From an uncultured Clostridia bacterium (lineage in GTDB: Bacteria > Bacillota > Clostridia > TANB77 > CAG-508): DNA of 64,000 nt. Location of the stretch: positions 7,091 through 71,090 of the forward strand of contig CANRHX010000004.1 of assembly GCA_947630545.1 (NCBI GenBank), given 5' to 3'. Position 1 is the first letter of the stretch. Each line of letters opens with the position of its first letter. Below the pieces are notes generated by a model. The model ran no database searches. It was given only the letters and a program-made list of their open reading frames with translations, and was not told the DNA's origin. This document shows positions 10,914-21,892 of this stretch, piece by piece. The translations under genes and the position numbers were made by a program.

Positions 10914-11546
10914 CTATAAACCTATTTTAACTTTTTTGCCATCCTTTTTTACAATTATAGGAGGATTACCTACTACAGTACAATTTGAAGGGACATTTTT
11001 TGTAATTACTGAATTAGCCCCTATTTCTACATTATCTCCTATTTCAATTCCACCAACTACAACTGCTCCAGCGTATATGGAAACATTTTCTCCAACTGAA
11101 GGATAACAATTTAAGTTACTATTATCATCATTGTTTATATGGTTTTTATTCCTACCACAAGTGACATTTTGATATACGGTTAAATTTTTTCCTGCTTTAC
11201 TTAATACAATTATACTTGATTGTCCATGATTGATTCTTATCCCAGCTTCGATGTTACCATCTAATTCTAAATCAACTTTAGGTGGAAAAAAAATATTGAA
11301 TATTTTTGAAATAATAACGCTTTTTCTTCTTATACGAAAAGATACAATTGCCCTAAAAGTTTTATTATACATAATATGGTAGTAAAAATTAAATAAATCA
11401 GTTTTATATGGAGACTCATCTAATCTATGAAAGTCAGCCTTAATTAAATCTCTGAATTTTTTATCAAAACAATATTTAAAGGTAGGTATTAAAGCTAATC
11501 TCCATAAATTTAATAAAACAATGCTTTTTAAAATTAAATATTTCAT
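10914..11546 (-). CDS. Hexapeptide-repeat O-acetyltransferase (CysE-like)
   Basis: IGDNVEIGANSVITKNVPSNCTVVGNP motif. Confidence 0.8.
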   Translation of the reverse strand: MKYLILKSIVLLNLWRLALIPTFKYCFDKKFRDLIKADFHRLDESPYKTDLFNFYYHIMYNKTFRAIVSFRIRRKSVIISKIFNIFFPPKVDLELDGNIEAGIRINHGQSSIIVLSKAGKNLTVYQNVTCGRNKNHINNDDNSNLNCYPSVGENVSIYAGAVVVGGIEIGDNVEIGANSVITKNVPSNCTVVGNPPIIVKKDGKKVKIGL

Positions 11547-11573
11547 ATAACCTCACTTTCTAGTACATAAAAA

Positions 11574-12554
11574 TTAATTGTTTTTATATAATTTTTTATT
11601 TATATTGTTGCTTTCCAATTTCATAATAATTAAATATATTTTTTTAAAATGAAGTAAAATATATAATTGGACTTTTTTCATTAATGATACATTATTTTTT
11701 AAAATATAATCTTTGTTTATTTTTATTTCTTCAAACATATCTTTTTTGAATTTGTTATTTTTATCATACAAAATAATTGAATTATATAATCCCATACAGT
11801 TAGTAACGTAATTTTTCATAAATTTATTATATGAATTAGAATAATTATTTTTTATAAACTCTCTCGCATTTACATATGCTTCATATGAATCCATTCTAAC
11901 AATCCTGTTTTTACTTATGCTTCCTAAACGTTGCCTATAATAATAATAAATATTAGATGATAATATCGTAACTTTAGCTTTTGCCATTAATTTATATATC
12001 ACGAAAATGTCTTCACTAGTTTTTCCAAATGGAAATCTTATATCATTCCAATATTCTCTAATGAATACTTTATCACAAACGCCCCTACCAATTATTCCCC
12101 AATAATCAAATATATCTTTATTTTTAATAATTTCGCAGTTGTTTGTGTTTTTCACTTCACAAGATTGACCATTATAACAATTAATTGCTCTAAAAACAAA
12201 CATATCTGAATTGTTTTTTTCCATCATATCAATAGAGTACTCATATGTATTAAAGTCAATCCAATCGTCAGAGTCTACAAAAGCTACATATTTTCCTGTT
12301 GCAACATCTAATCCTTTATTTCTCGCATCTGCTAATCCACCATTAGTTTTATGTATAACTTTTATCCTACCATCGATTTCTTTATATTCATCAGCAATTT
12401 TTCCAGAAGAATCAGTTGATCCATCATCAACTAATATTATTTCTAAATTATGATATGTCTGATTTATTAAACTATCAACACATTTTTTTAAATATTTTTC
12501 AACATTGTAAATAGGAACTATAACAGATAATTTATCTTTCATTTTAATCACCAT
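11574..12554 (-). CDS. Glycosyltransferase family 2
   Basis: SVIVPIYNVEKYL, DDGSTD, ARNKG and FVDSDD motifs. Confidence 0.92.
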   Translation of the reverse strand: MVIKMKDKLSVIVPIYNVEKYLKKCVDSLINQTYHNLEIILVDDGSTDSSGKIADEYKEIDGRIKVIHKTNGGLADARNKGLDVATGKYVAFVDSDDWIDFNTYEYSIDMMEKNNSDMFVFRAINCYNGQSCEVKNTNNCEIIKNKDIFDYWGIIGRGVCDKVFIREYWNDIRFPFGKTSEDIFVIYKLMAKAKVTILSSNIYYYYRQRLGSISKNRIVRMDSYEAYVNAREFIKNNYSNSYNKFMKNYVTNCMGLYNSIILYDKNNKFKKDMFEEIKINKDYILKNNVSLMKKVQLYILLHFKKIYLIIMKLESNNINKKLYKNN

Positions 12555-12555
12555 T

Positions 12556-13524
12556 TTACTTTCCTTCCATTAGTATCTTTATTTTATAAGCAAATGGAAA
12601 AAATTTTACAATTAAATACTTTATTCTCATTTTTGTACTTAAATTGTATAATTTAATTTCTTTTTTATATTTTTTAAAATATTCACTAAATTTGTAAAAC
12701 TGTTCTGTTTTTTCAATCTTATTTTTTTTCATTAAAATTCTAGCTCTTATAAAAGCAGCACAATAATCAATTTTTAAATAGTTAACATCAAATTGTTCAT
12801 TTTCTAGCATATATATTTCTTTATTTCTGACATAAAAGTAAGAAAGTTTTTTCAAATTAAAGTCGGTGTTAGATACACTACTACTATTACTCACATAATG
12901 ATATAATTGTTTATCTATATATGAAATTGTTAAATTCTTGTTACTACAAATTATTTCAGTATTAAAAAGATCATCTTCTAATACACTAGCTTTTTTATCA
13001 AATTTTGTGTTTTTCTCTTTTATTAATTTTGATAAATAAAGTTTATTCCAAGTATATCCCTGTATACTTTCTACATAAAATATGTTTTCTAGAAATTCTT
13101 TTCTGTTTAATAAAGGAGTATAATAGTGAAATTCTTTTACTGATAGTGCATTTTCATCTTCAAAAAAAATATTACAAATAGCAATATCAGAATTATAATT
13201 TACTATAGAATTATATAATTCTTCTATCATTTTTTCTTCAATATAATCATCGGAGTCAACAAAACTAATGTATTTACCAGACGCAATTGAAATTCCAATA
13301 TTTCTAGCAACAGAAACTCCTGAATTGTCTATATGCTTTACTATTATTCTATTATCTATTTTCTTATAAGTATCGGCTATTTCCCCAGAAGAATCAGTTG
13401 ATCCATCATTAATTAATATTATCTCCAAATTTTGATATGTTTGCTTAATAACACTATTTATACATTTATCTATATATCTTTCGGCATTATATATTGGAAT
13501 TATGATTGAAATTAAGTCTTTCAC
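12556..13524 (-). CDS. Glycosyltransferase family 2
   Basis: SIIIPIYNAE, NDGSTD and FVDSDD motifs. Confidence 0.92.
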   Translation of the reverse strand: MKDLISIIIPIYNAERYIDKCINSVIKQTYQNLEIILINDGSTDSSGEIADTYKKIDNRIIVKHIDNSGVSVARNIGISIASGKYISFVDSDDYIEEKMIEELYNSIVNYNSDIAICNIFFEDENALSVKEFHYYTPLLNRKEFLENIFYVESIQGYTWNKLYLSKLIKEKNTKFDKKASVLEDDLFNTEIICSNKNLTISYIDKQLYHYVSNSSSVSNTDFNLKKLSYFYVRNKEIYMLENEQFDVNYLKIDYCAAFIRARILMKKNKIEKTEQFYKFSEYFKKYKKEIKLYNLSTKMRIKYLIVKFFPFAYKIKILMEGK

Positions 13525-13621
13525 TAATTCACCTCCATAGATAATAATTTCTAATTGATTTTTTTCCTTAAGCAGTAAAATTCGATACGCAAAGATATTA
13601 AATTCAAAAATACATGTTAAT

Positions 13622-14779
13622 TTATTTCAATAGTTTTTCCAATTTATTAACTTTATCATCTATCTTAAAATTCACATCTGCGAATATTGAACAAACAGAA
13701 GATAACTCATTTCTCAATTTTTCATCATAAGATAGCTTTTCTAACCAATAGCTTATGTCTTTTTTGTTGGAAACTATTCCACCAACAAAGTATTTTATAA
13801 TTCCTACATTCGTTGAAATGAATGGAACACCACTTGCCATTGATTCAACTAAAGAAATTGGATATGCTTCCCATTTACTTGTCATAAGATATAAATAAGC
13901 ATTAGAAACATATGAGGATACTAGACTCTTTTCAATATCATGTAGCATTAAAATTGGTTTTTCCTCATTTTTTAAATTATATTTTTTTCTTAAATTAACA
14001 ATTAGCTTTTCTAATTTATCATAATATTTATTTTTTTTAGATCCTATTAACACTAATCCTATATTTTTGTCAATATTTGATTTCAAAAATTCTTCTATTG
14101 CTAATTTTTGATTTTTTCTATCGTCATAATTTGCTACTAATATAAAATATTTTTCAAATGGTTTTTTAAATTCTGGTAATACTTTCTTTTCAAAGAAATC
14201 TTCACTAGCGGCATTTTCTATTATAAATGTATTAATTCCATATTTTCTTTTAAAAAAATTATTAGTATAATCTTTTTCATGTAAATTTATAACTTTATCA
14301 TATTTTTTTAAATTCTTTTTATTAATAGCATAGTAAAAAAACCACCTAATTTCCTTCCATAATTTATTAGCAGTACTTGCAAGACTACTAAAATCTATCA
14401 AATGAAATTTAAAATCAAATATTCCATGTAAATATAGTATCTTTTTTATTTTTAAATCTTTAATTGAAGATAAAATTACATCTGTAAAAGCATTTTGAGT
14501 ACAAACGTTAATCATTACATCATTTTTTTCGCATTCTTTTCGAATTAATTCTTTATATTTCTTTTTTTCACCAAAATATAATCCATATTTTGTCCATAAC
14601 TTAACTCTTTTAACTAAAACATTATTAACATTTTCTTCTTCTATTGTATTATCAAATATTCCAGTAATTACTGTTACATCATTACCCTTTTGAGCCAAGC
14701 CTTCAGCTAAATACTGTGTTACTGTTTGTACTCCATCTTTTTGGGGATAATATGTTTGAACAGTTATTAATATTTTCAC
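13622..14779 (-). CDS. Glycosyltransferase family 4
   Basis: RKNQ and SKWEAYPISLVESMASGVPFISTNVG GT-B motifs. Confidence 0.88.
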   Translation of the reverse strand: MKILITVQTYYPQKDGVQTVTQYLAEGLAQKGNDVTVITGIFDNTIEEENVNNVLVKRVKLWTKYGLYFGEKKKYKELIRKECEKNDVMINVCTQNAFTDVILSSIKDLKIKKILYLHGIFDFKFHLIDFSSLASTANKLWKEIRWFFYYAINKKNLKKYDKVINLHEKDYTNNFFKRKYGINTFIIENAASEDFFEKKVLPEFKKPFEKYFILVANYDDRKNQKLAIEEFLKSNIDKNIGLVLIGSKKNKYYDKLEKLIVNLRKKYNLKNEEKPILMLHDIEKSLVSSYVSNAYLYLMTSKWEAYPISLVESMASGVPFISTNVGIIKYFVGGIVSNKKDISYWLEKLSYDEKLRNELSSVCSIFADVNFKIDDKVNKLEKLLK

Positions 14780-14829
14780 TAATTTACAACCTCCTTGTTT
14801 ACTGCATTGTAATTAGAATATTATGAATA

Positions 14830-15819
14830 CTATAAATTCTTCTTATTAATATTTCTAATTTCATTTTTTCTTTTTACTTTTTTGATTAAGGCTTTACTCC
14901 TTATCTTTATTCTTTTAAAAAACCATTTAAATTTTCCTTTACTATTTTTCATTATAATTTCTTTTAAATTTTGGTCATCATATTTATCAAATCCATTTGG
15001 AAGGATAAAAAAATTATTAACATCAAATTCGTTAGCTAAAAATTTCATTGTTCTTTTTTGAAAATGAGCATATGAATATTCTTTTACTTCGATTTTGTTT
15101 TTATTTAATGTATAAGATAATATTTTACCATTTTGAAATGAAAGAATTCGTGGTTGATTATTAAAATAAAATTTGTTATTTTCAAAAAAAGATAATACCA
15201 TACCAGGCTTTGTACAAACAACATCAGCTATACTCTTTTGATAATCAAAAATAGGTAAATTATTATTTATAAAAATAGAATTAATTCCATAATCTCCAAT
15301 TTCATCAAAAGCAAAATGGAAGTTACTTGAAAAAATATCTTTATAATCAATACTTGAATTTGACTTTAATTCAAAACATTTTAGCAATTGGGGAGTATTT
15401 TTAATAAAGCAAAGATGTCCTAGCATGGAAATTTTGTCATATTGTTCTATATCTTTAGGCATAAATTTCATTATATCTCCAAAAATTAAATCTAAATCAC
15501 AATATCCCCAAAACTTACAATTGCTTAAATATTCTTCGAAAATATAACCATAAGCAGGTCTATAGTCACATAATTTATATGGGCTATCCAATGCTATAGT
15601 AAAATTAAATTTATCTTGAACCATTTCTCTTATATTTTCAAATGATATTTTAATAATATCAACATTTTCTGGTACATTATCAAATTCTCTTGAGTCATCT
15701 GTAAATACAATAAATTTTATCTCTTTATTATAGCTACAAGAGTTTAACCATAAATTAAAATATAGTGGTAACTCACCAAAATAAGGTGAAAATATCACAT
15801 AATCGTAGTTTTTTTTCAT
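14830..15819 (-). CDS. DUF6625-like putative glycosyltransferase
   Basis: PYFG, YKLCDYRPAYG and FWGYCDLDLIFG motifs. Confidence 0.7.
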   Translation of the reverse strand: MKKNYDYVIFSPYFGELPLYFNLWLNSCSYNKEIKFIVFTDDSREFDNVPENVDIIKISFENIREMVQDKFNFTIALDSPYKLCDYRPAYGYIFEEYLSNCKFWGYCDLDLIFGDIMKFMPKDIEQYDKISMLGHLCFIKNTPQLLKCFELKSNSSIDYKDIFSSNFHFAFDEIGDYGINSIFINNNLPIFDYQKSIADVVCTKPGMVLSFFENNKFYFNNQPRILSFQNGKILSYTLNKNKIEVKEYSYAHFQKRTMKFLANEFDVNNFFILPNGFDKYDDQNLKEIIMKNSKGKFKWFFKRIKIRSKALIKKVKRKNEIRNINKKNL

Positions 15820-15844
15820 ATTTATGCTATTCTCCTTTTAATCT

Positions 15845-16240
15845 TAAAATATTTTTTTCCTCCACGCCCTTTTATCATTGATTCTCCTTCTCTAAATTTA
15901 TATAGATTTTCTTGTATATTATAAAATTTACATCCATTTTTATCATTTTGGCTCAAAGATAATAATCTTCAAAATATTGATAATCTTCATAACCCTTTAC
16001 TTCAAATACTTTATTTCTCTTATAAATTACAGTTGGATGATTCATAGGATTTCTCTTTTTTAGATATTCATTTATTTCTTCTGAATATTCTGGAACTATT
16101 TTTTCCATCTTTTCATCCAATTTTATAAGCACAATGTTTCAAACCTTCATTTAATGTGATACCTAGACCACTATTTTTTTTCTATCTAGATTCTTCCTCT
16201 TTAATATATTTTGTAAACGCTAGCAGAAAATCAATTCATA
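15845..16240 (-). pseudogene. Decayed GT2 glycosyltransferase, paralogous to 20141-20974
   Basis: Fragment YLKKRNPMNHPTVIYKRNKVFEVKGYEDYQYFEDYYL*AKMIK with an in-frame stop; boundaries approximate. Confidence 0.7.
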
Positions 16241-16261
16241 TCATATATACAGTGTTTTTTA

Positions 16262-16858
16262 TTATAAATTATTTCCTGTAATTTTTTCCTTTACTAGGAA
16301 ATTATAAAATATCTTCATCATCATATGATCAAAAGTCATATGAACATCTTCGTCTATTTGCATGTCTTCTTCTGCTACATGCATTTTGTAATCAGCAAGT
16401 TCTTTTAATTTACCACCTTTATATCCAGTAATTGCCAAAACTTTAACGTTTTGTTCTTTAGCATATTCTGCCGCATTTAAAACATTTTTCGAATTTCCAG
16501 AACCACTTATACCAATAAATAAATCATTTTTATTTAGCTTATTTATTAATTGAAATCTAAATACCTCCTCATATCCAATATCATTAGCAATTGCCATAAC
16601 AGTAGGATAATTATCATTTAAACAATAGAACCTAAATTTTTTATCTACATATTCAGATATTCCCTTATTAAAATCGTTTTGTATATGAGATGCAGTTGCA
16701 GCACTTCCACCATTTCCACATATATAAATAGTTCCTTCATTTTTATATGTTTCGTAGATAATATTCATTGCTTCATTAATCTCATCTAAATTCAAATTAT
16801 TTATAACCTTTATTTCCCTATCATAATATTCTTTAATTGCTTTTCTAAAATCTTCCAT
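16262..16858 (-). CDS. gmhA: Sedoheptulose-7-phosphate isomerase
   Basis: CGNGGSAA, AIANDIGY and ISGSGNSKNV SIS motifs. Confidence 0.88.
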   Translation of the reverse strand: MEDFRKAIKEYYDREIKVINNLNLDEINEAMNIIYETYKNEGTIYICGNGGSAATASHIQNDFNKGISEYVDKKFRFYCLNDNYPTVMAIANDIGYEEVFRFQLINKLNKNDLFIGISGSGNSKNVLNAAEYAKEQNVKVLAITGYKGGKLKELADYKMHVAEEDMQIDEDVHMTFDHMMMKIFYNFLVKEKITGNNL

Positions 16859-16859
16859 T

Positions 16860-18185
16860 TTACTTATTCTCCTTTTCTTTTATTTTATTTAAATAATTAT
16901 CTATTGCATCTAACAAATCATTAGCTATATATGTTGGTTTTATATCATATTTATTATCTAAACCTGATTGACCAGTTTTAACTAGTATTGATTTCATTTT
17001 AGCATTTTCAGCCATCTTAATATCTAAAGTCGAATCTCCTATAACAATAGACTCTTTTAAATCAATATTGAAATCTTTAGCTGCTTTTTCCAATAGTCCA
17101 GTTTTAGGTTTTCTACAATTACAATTAATCTTCAATTCTGATATTTCTCCTTCATAACCTTTGTCAGGATGATGTGGGCAATAATATAAACCATCTATAT
17201 ATGCGCCTTCATTACCTAATAACTTTTCCATTTTCATATTTATGTTTTCAAGTCCTTCAAATGTAACTTCTCCTCTTGCTATTACAGGTTGGTTAGTTAC
17301 AACTATACATAAATATTCAGAATTATTTATTTTTTTTATTGCTTGAGCTACACCATTAATTAATGTCATGTCTTCTTCATTTCTTAAAAATCCAACATAA
17401 TTATTAATAGTTCCATCTCTATCCAAAAAAATACATTTCTGTTTATTCTTTAAATTTCTATTTGATGGTAATCCATTATTATAATCTTTCTGAACTCTTT
17501 CATATCTTTCTGGCGTACCCATATCTTTTGCATATTCAGATGATTTATAAGAAAATACTTTACCTTTTTCTATTAATGGTTCAACAATATCTTTTTCATA
17601 ACTATATTTTTGTTCTTTTTCAATGTAATTTAAAGTATTTGCTGAAAAAATCATTACACCAGCATTAACTAAATTATGATAATTGTAAAGACTTCGATCA
17701 TTACTTTTATGGTCAAATTTTAAAACTTTATCATTAGAATCTACTACCACTATATCACTATCAAATGGATGAGAATTCGGATGTGTTAGCAAAGTTACTT
17801 GAGCATTTTTACTCTTGTGAAATTTATACATTTTTTCAAAATCTATATCTATAAATACATCCGCCAATAGAAAAATAAAATCTTCATCTATTTTACCTTT
17901 TAAATGATAAAGTGATCCTGCAGTTCCTAATGGAATACTGGAATCTTCTTCTATATAAGATATATTCAAATCAAATTTGCTACCATCATCGAAGTATTCT
18001 TTTATTACATTACCTAGATGCCCAATTATTATAACAATATCATTAATGCCTGATTTTTTCAAATTCATAATTTGATGATATAAAACTGGATAGCCTGATA
18101 TTTCTAACATTGGTTTTGGAATTGTATTACCCGTAATACTACTAATCCTAGTACCTTTTCCTCCCGCTTGAATAATTGCTTTCAT
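16860..18185 (-). CDS. Fused heptose-1-phosphate nucleotidyltransferase (HddC-like) and heptose bisphosphate phosphatase (GmhB-like)
   Basis: N-terminal QAGGKGTR...PKPM and DMGTPERY; C-terminal HAD FLDRDGT, TNQP, CPHHP, CRKP and GD. Confidence 0.88.
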   Translation of the reverse strand: MKAIIQAGGKGTRISSITGNTIPKPMLEISGYPVLYHQIMNLKKSGINDIVIIIGHLGNVIKEYFDDGSKFDLNISYIEEDSSIPLGTAGSLYHLKGKIDEDFIFLLADVFIDIDFEKMYKFHKSKNAQVTLLTHPNSHPFDSDIVVVDSNDKVLKFDHKSNDRSLYNYHNLVNAGVMIFSANTLNYIEKEQKYSYEKDIVEPLIEKGKVFSYKSSEYAKDMGTPERYERVQKDYNNGLPSNRNLKNKQKCIFLDRDGTINNYVGFLRNEEDMTLINGVAQAIKKINNSEYLCIVVTNQPVIARGEVTFEGLENINMKMEKLLGNEGAYIDGLYYCPHHPDKGYEGEISELKINCNCRKPKTGLLEKAAKDFNIDLKESIVIGDSTLDIKMAENAKMKSILVKTGQSGLDNKYDIKPTYIANDLLDAIDNYLNKIKEKENK

Positions 18186-18196
18186 TCTTTCCTCCG

Positions 18197-19135
18197 TTAT
18201 TTCTTTAATGATTTCACTGTTTCCCTAACTGCATCATCTGAATTATACTTTGCCTTCCATCCCTTACTATGGATTTTAGTAAGATCATATTGAAATTTAG
18301 GTACATCACCTTTCCATCCAATGTTTCCTCCAGTATATTTATATACCACATTTTTATAGCCTAACTCTTCACATACAATATCTGCTATTCTTGTAACTGA
18401 AGTTGCAGTTTGAACTCCGACATTATATATATTAACACCTTTTTTTATTTCTTTTGACATTAACATAATACAATCAATTAAATCAAGAACATATAAATAC
18501 GGTTTAGTTTGAGTTCCATCTCCTAATATTTCTAACTCATTGGGATTATTTAATAATTTTTTTGAAAAATCATAAATAACTCCATGTGTTAAATTAGGTC
18601 CTATAACATTTGGAAATCTAAAAATCATTGTATTAAAATCATTCATATATGAATATGAAGAAATAAAATTTTCTGAAGCAAACTTTGCTCCTCCATAATA
18701 TGATATTGGCAATAAACCACCTAAATCTTCTGTAAGCAATTTATCATGTTCATCGCCATATATCGCAGAAGTTGATGAAAAAAATAAATTCTTAATATTA
18801 TTTTTTTTCATTAACTCAAGAACTCCACGCGTAGTCATAAATGTATCTCTAAAATCAACTTCTGGATTTTTCCCTCCTTTTTGAATATCACTATTAGCAG
18901 CTAAGTGATATACAATATCAATTTTTTCGTTTTTTAATTTTTCACAAAATTCTTCATTATTATTGATATTAATCATATAGAATTTATAATTTTTATTATT
19001 TTTAAATTTATCTACATTTTCCTTCTTACCTAAGGTAAAATTATCAACAACAATAACTTCATTTCCATCATTTAATAATCTTTCTACCAAATGTGTACCT
19101 ATAAATCCAGCTCCTCCAGTAACTAATGTTTTCAT
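18197..19135 (-). CDS. NAD-dependent nucleotide-sugar epimerase/dehydratase
   Basis: TGGAGFIG and YGGAK (YxxxK) motifs. Confidence 0.88.
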   Translation of the reverse strand: MKTLVTGGAGFIGTHLVERLLNDGNEVIVVDNFTLGKKENVDKFKNNKNYKFYMININNNEEFCEKLKNEKIDIVYHLAANSDIQKGGKNPEVDFRDTFMTTRGVLELMKKNNIKNLFFSSTSAIYGDEHDKLLTEDLGGLLPISYYGGAKFASENFISSYSYMNDFNTMIFRFPNVIGPNLTHGVIYDFSKKLLNNPNELEILGDGTQTKPYLYVLDLIDCIMLMSKEIKKGVNIYNVGVQTATSVTRIADIVCEELGYKNVVYKYTGGNIGWKGDVPKFQYDLTKIHSKGWKAKYNSDDAVRETVKSLKK

Positions 19136-19144
19136 ATATACCTC

Positions 19145-20122
19145 CTAGTTAACAAAAATAACTGTCGTTCCTTGGTGATCAAATTTAAATTTCATTTCTG
19201 GTAAATCTTTCATAGATTTCCTAAAATCTTCCTGTTTATTTTCTGGTACATAAAACAAGAAAAAACCGCTTCCACCAGCACCTAAAAGTTTACCACCAAG
19301 CGCTCCAAATTTTATTGCCTTATCATATATATCATCAAAAAATTTGTTTGATATACCACTTGCTAATGTTTTTTTTATTTGCCAGTTATAATCTAATATT
19401 TCACCTACTTTGTCAATATTATTCTGTTCTAGTTCATGCTTTAAAATATATGTCATTTCCATAATCTTTTTTTGGCCTTCTTCCTTATCTTTAGCCTTAA
19501 CAATATTTTTAGCTTGCTCATTTAAAATCTCACATGCTTTGTGTTCACCACCAACATATAACATTATTAAATTTTTTTCTAATTGTTTAAATGCAATATG
19601 ATCCATTAAAACAGGTTCAACATCTACACTTCCATCCTTGTTAAATTTATAAAAATTTAATCCTCCATAGGCCGCAGCATATTGATCTTGTTTTCCATTA
19701 GTTGTATGAACAACATTGTTTTCCAAATCACATGCTAATTCAGCTAATTCAGCTTTTGCAGTAAATTGTCTTTTATGACATTTAAGATTTTGTATCAAAC
19801 CAACAGTAAATGAACTTGATGAACCGAGACCTGTTCCACTAGGTACATCAGCAATAGATGTTATTTCTAATCCTTCAATTTTTTCTTTTTTCAAACATTC
19901 CCTAAAAATATTATGTTGTATATCATTTAAATCTGTAACTATTTCTGTCTTAGAATATTTTAACGCGGTTGTGCTTTTATCGAAGGATGGATGACTTGTT
20001 ATATACATATATTTATTTATAGTTGTACTTAGTACACACCCCCCATGTTTTGTATAAAATGTATTAATGTCACTTCCACCACCACATAAACTAATTCGAA
20101 ATGGTGTTCTTGTTATAATCAT
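19145..20122 (-). CDS. hddA: D-glycero-alpha-D-manno-heptose-7-phosphate kinase (GHMP family)
   Basis: RTPFRISLCGGGSD, PSGTGLGSSS, GKQDQY and GGKLLGAGGSGF motifs. Confidence 0.85.
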   Translation of the reverse strand: MIITRTPFRISLCGGGSDINTFYTKHGGCVLSTTINKYMYITSHPSFDKSTTALKYSKTEIVTDLNDIQHNIFRECLKKEKIEGLEITSIADVPSGTGLGSSSSFTVGLIQNLKCHKRQFTAKAELAELACDLENNVVHTTNGKQDQYAAAYGGLNFYKFNKDGSVDVEPVLMDHIAFKQLEKNLIMLYVGGEHKACEILNEQAKNIVKAKDKEEGQKKIMEMTYILKHELEQNNIDKVGEILDYNWQIKKTLASGISNKFFDDIYDKAIKFGALGGKLLGAGGSGFFLFYVPENKQEDFRKSMKDLPEMKFKFDHQGTTVIFVN

Positions 20123-20140
20123 TATAAATTCACCTCCTTA

Positions 20141-20974
20141 TTATTTTCTTAAAATATATTTATAAGCAAATTTTCTAGCAGAATTTGGAGTATATACCAT
20201 CAAATACATGTTTATAATATTTGCGTAGTATCGAGTTAAACTAATCATTTTATTTTGATACATGTATTTTTGCATTTTTTTCCACAATGCAATTTGTTTT
20301 TTATTACCCCTTCTTTTTTCAAAGCCATTTCCAATTCTTGCATATACAAGAGGAATATTTATATTTTCTAGTTTCATACCATTATTAATCATCCTTATCC
20401 ATAACTCATAATCTTCGAGCATTTTTTGGGTACTATAATTTCCAACTTTTAAAATTGAATCCCTTTTCATACAAATTGTCATATGATTTAATGGATTTCT
20501 TTTCTTAGCATATATATAAATATCATCACCAGTTGGCATTTTTTTTAATCTGACATCTTTTTCATCTATATTTTCTTTAAATTCATAAATAGAAGAACCA
20601 AGAACATCTATTTCAGGGTGATTCAACATAAAATCCATTTGTACTTCAAATCTATTATTAACACATATATCATCAGTATCAGCACGCATTACATAATTAT
20701 ACTTGCATTTAGTTAAACCATAATTCAATGATGCTCCTAAGCCCTTACCATCGTCAATATAGTAAGTTTTTATGCAATCATGTTTATTTTTTAACTTATT
20801 TAAAATATTCTCTAATTCCTTAGGTAGCTTCCCTTCAACAACTAACACTACCTCATCAGGTTTTAGTGTTTGGTTAAAAACGCTATTTAAAGCTTCCTCT
20901 AAAAATTCTGGATTTTCTTTCTTATATACACTCATTAAAACAGAAAACTTTTCATCTCGTTTTATTTCATTCAT
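20141..20974 (-). CDS. Glycosyltransferase family 2 (AmsE-like)
   Basis: FSVLMSVYKKE, RADTDD, RNPLNH and EDYELW motifs. Confidence 0.88.
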   Translation of the reverse strand: MNEIKRDEKFSVLMSVYKKENPEFLEEALNSVFNQTLKPDEVVLVVEGKLPKELENILNKLKNKHDCIKTYYIDDGKGLGASLNYGLTKCKYNYVMRADTDDICVNNRFEVQMDFMLNHPEIDVLGSSIYEFKENIDEKDVRLKKMPTGDDIYIYAKKRNPLNHMTICMKRDSILKVGNYSTQKMLEDYELWIRMINNGMKLENINIPLVYARIGNGFEKRRGNKKQIALWKKMQKYMYQNKMISLTRYYANIINMYLMVYTPNSARKFAYKYILRK

Positions 20975-21240
20975 TGCATAAGTCCTCTTCTTTCTTACTT
21001 AAATAGCATAGGTACTTTAATGTATTTAATTAGTAGGAAATACCTATCACAACGATTTTATTTTAACATAGAATAGCAAAGATAGCAATATATATTAATT
21101 ATTTTTTTGTCAAATTTTTTAGATTTATCAAACTTATATAGCGCTTTATTGATAAATATAGTATTGAAAATACCTAGTACGCTATCTCTGTTCTGAACAA
21201 TTTTATATATAAAATTGTTCTTTGTTTTATTTATATAATA

Positions 21241-21273
21241 AAAAAAATCATGATTTTATGGTCATGATTTTTT
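21241..21273 (-). terminator. Rho-independent terminator
   Basis: aaaaaaatcatga-loop-tcatgattttttt. Confidence 0.65.
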
Positions 21274-21304
21274 CTTGTACTATCTAATTAATTATTAATT
21301 TTAA

Positions 21305-21643
21305 TTAAATTTTTTTCCAGAACCAATCTAAACTGTTATCTAAACTCTTTTTATTGTTTGCTCTTGCTTCAATATCATCCACCCATAAGTATGAGAAAAA
21401 TGATATTAAAATAAATACAAAATCAATTGCTACACATCTAGATAAAGTTTCTGATAAATATCTAAATTCTTCAGATAGTGTTGTTAATTCAGCTACATGG
21501 AATATTAATACCCCTAAATAAGCCATTAAAAGTATTCCTGCTACTGCACTTTTTTTAACCTCTTGTGCTAAAAATATTAATAATACTGTTGCTGCAACCA
21601 TTAATACTAATGTTAATGGATTAGAAATATCAAAAATAAACAT
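21305..21643 (-). CDS. Small hypothetical membrane protein (3 TM)
   Basis: GAGGA RBS; three hydrophobic segments. Confidence 0.7.
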   Translation of the reverse strand: MFIFDISNPLTLVLMVAATVLLIFLAQEVKKSAVAGILLMAYLGVLIFHVAELTTLSEEFRYLSETLSRCVAIDFVFILISFFSYLWVDDIEARANNKKSLDNSLDWFWKKI

Positions 21644-21756
21644 AGTTATTCCTCCTATTTTTCTTTCGTTTTATATTATATATGCTATCATTTTTTTTAT
21701 TAATTATCAATTAAAATTATATTACTTTTATATTACAATTGCATTACATATGTCAA

Positions 21757-21884
21757 TGTGTCATTGGTTTCAAGGTTTGGTTGTGTCATTGGTTCCGGGT
21801 TTGATTGACACACTTTTTCTTTGAAAAATGTGTCAATCAAACCCGGAACCAATGACACAACCAAACCTTGAAACCAATGACACA
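21757..21884. repeat. Palindromic repeat family, long hairpin form
   Basis: Perfect 56-bp arms 21757-21812 and 21829-21884 around ctttttctttgaaaaa, the reverse complement of the 4780-4795 spacer. Confidence 0.97.
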
Positions 21885-21892
21885 AAATATTT

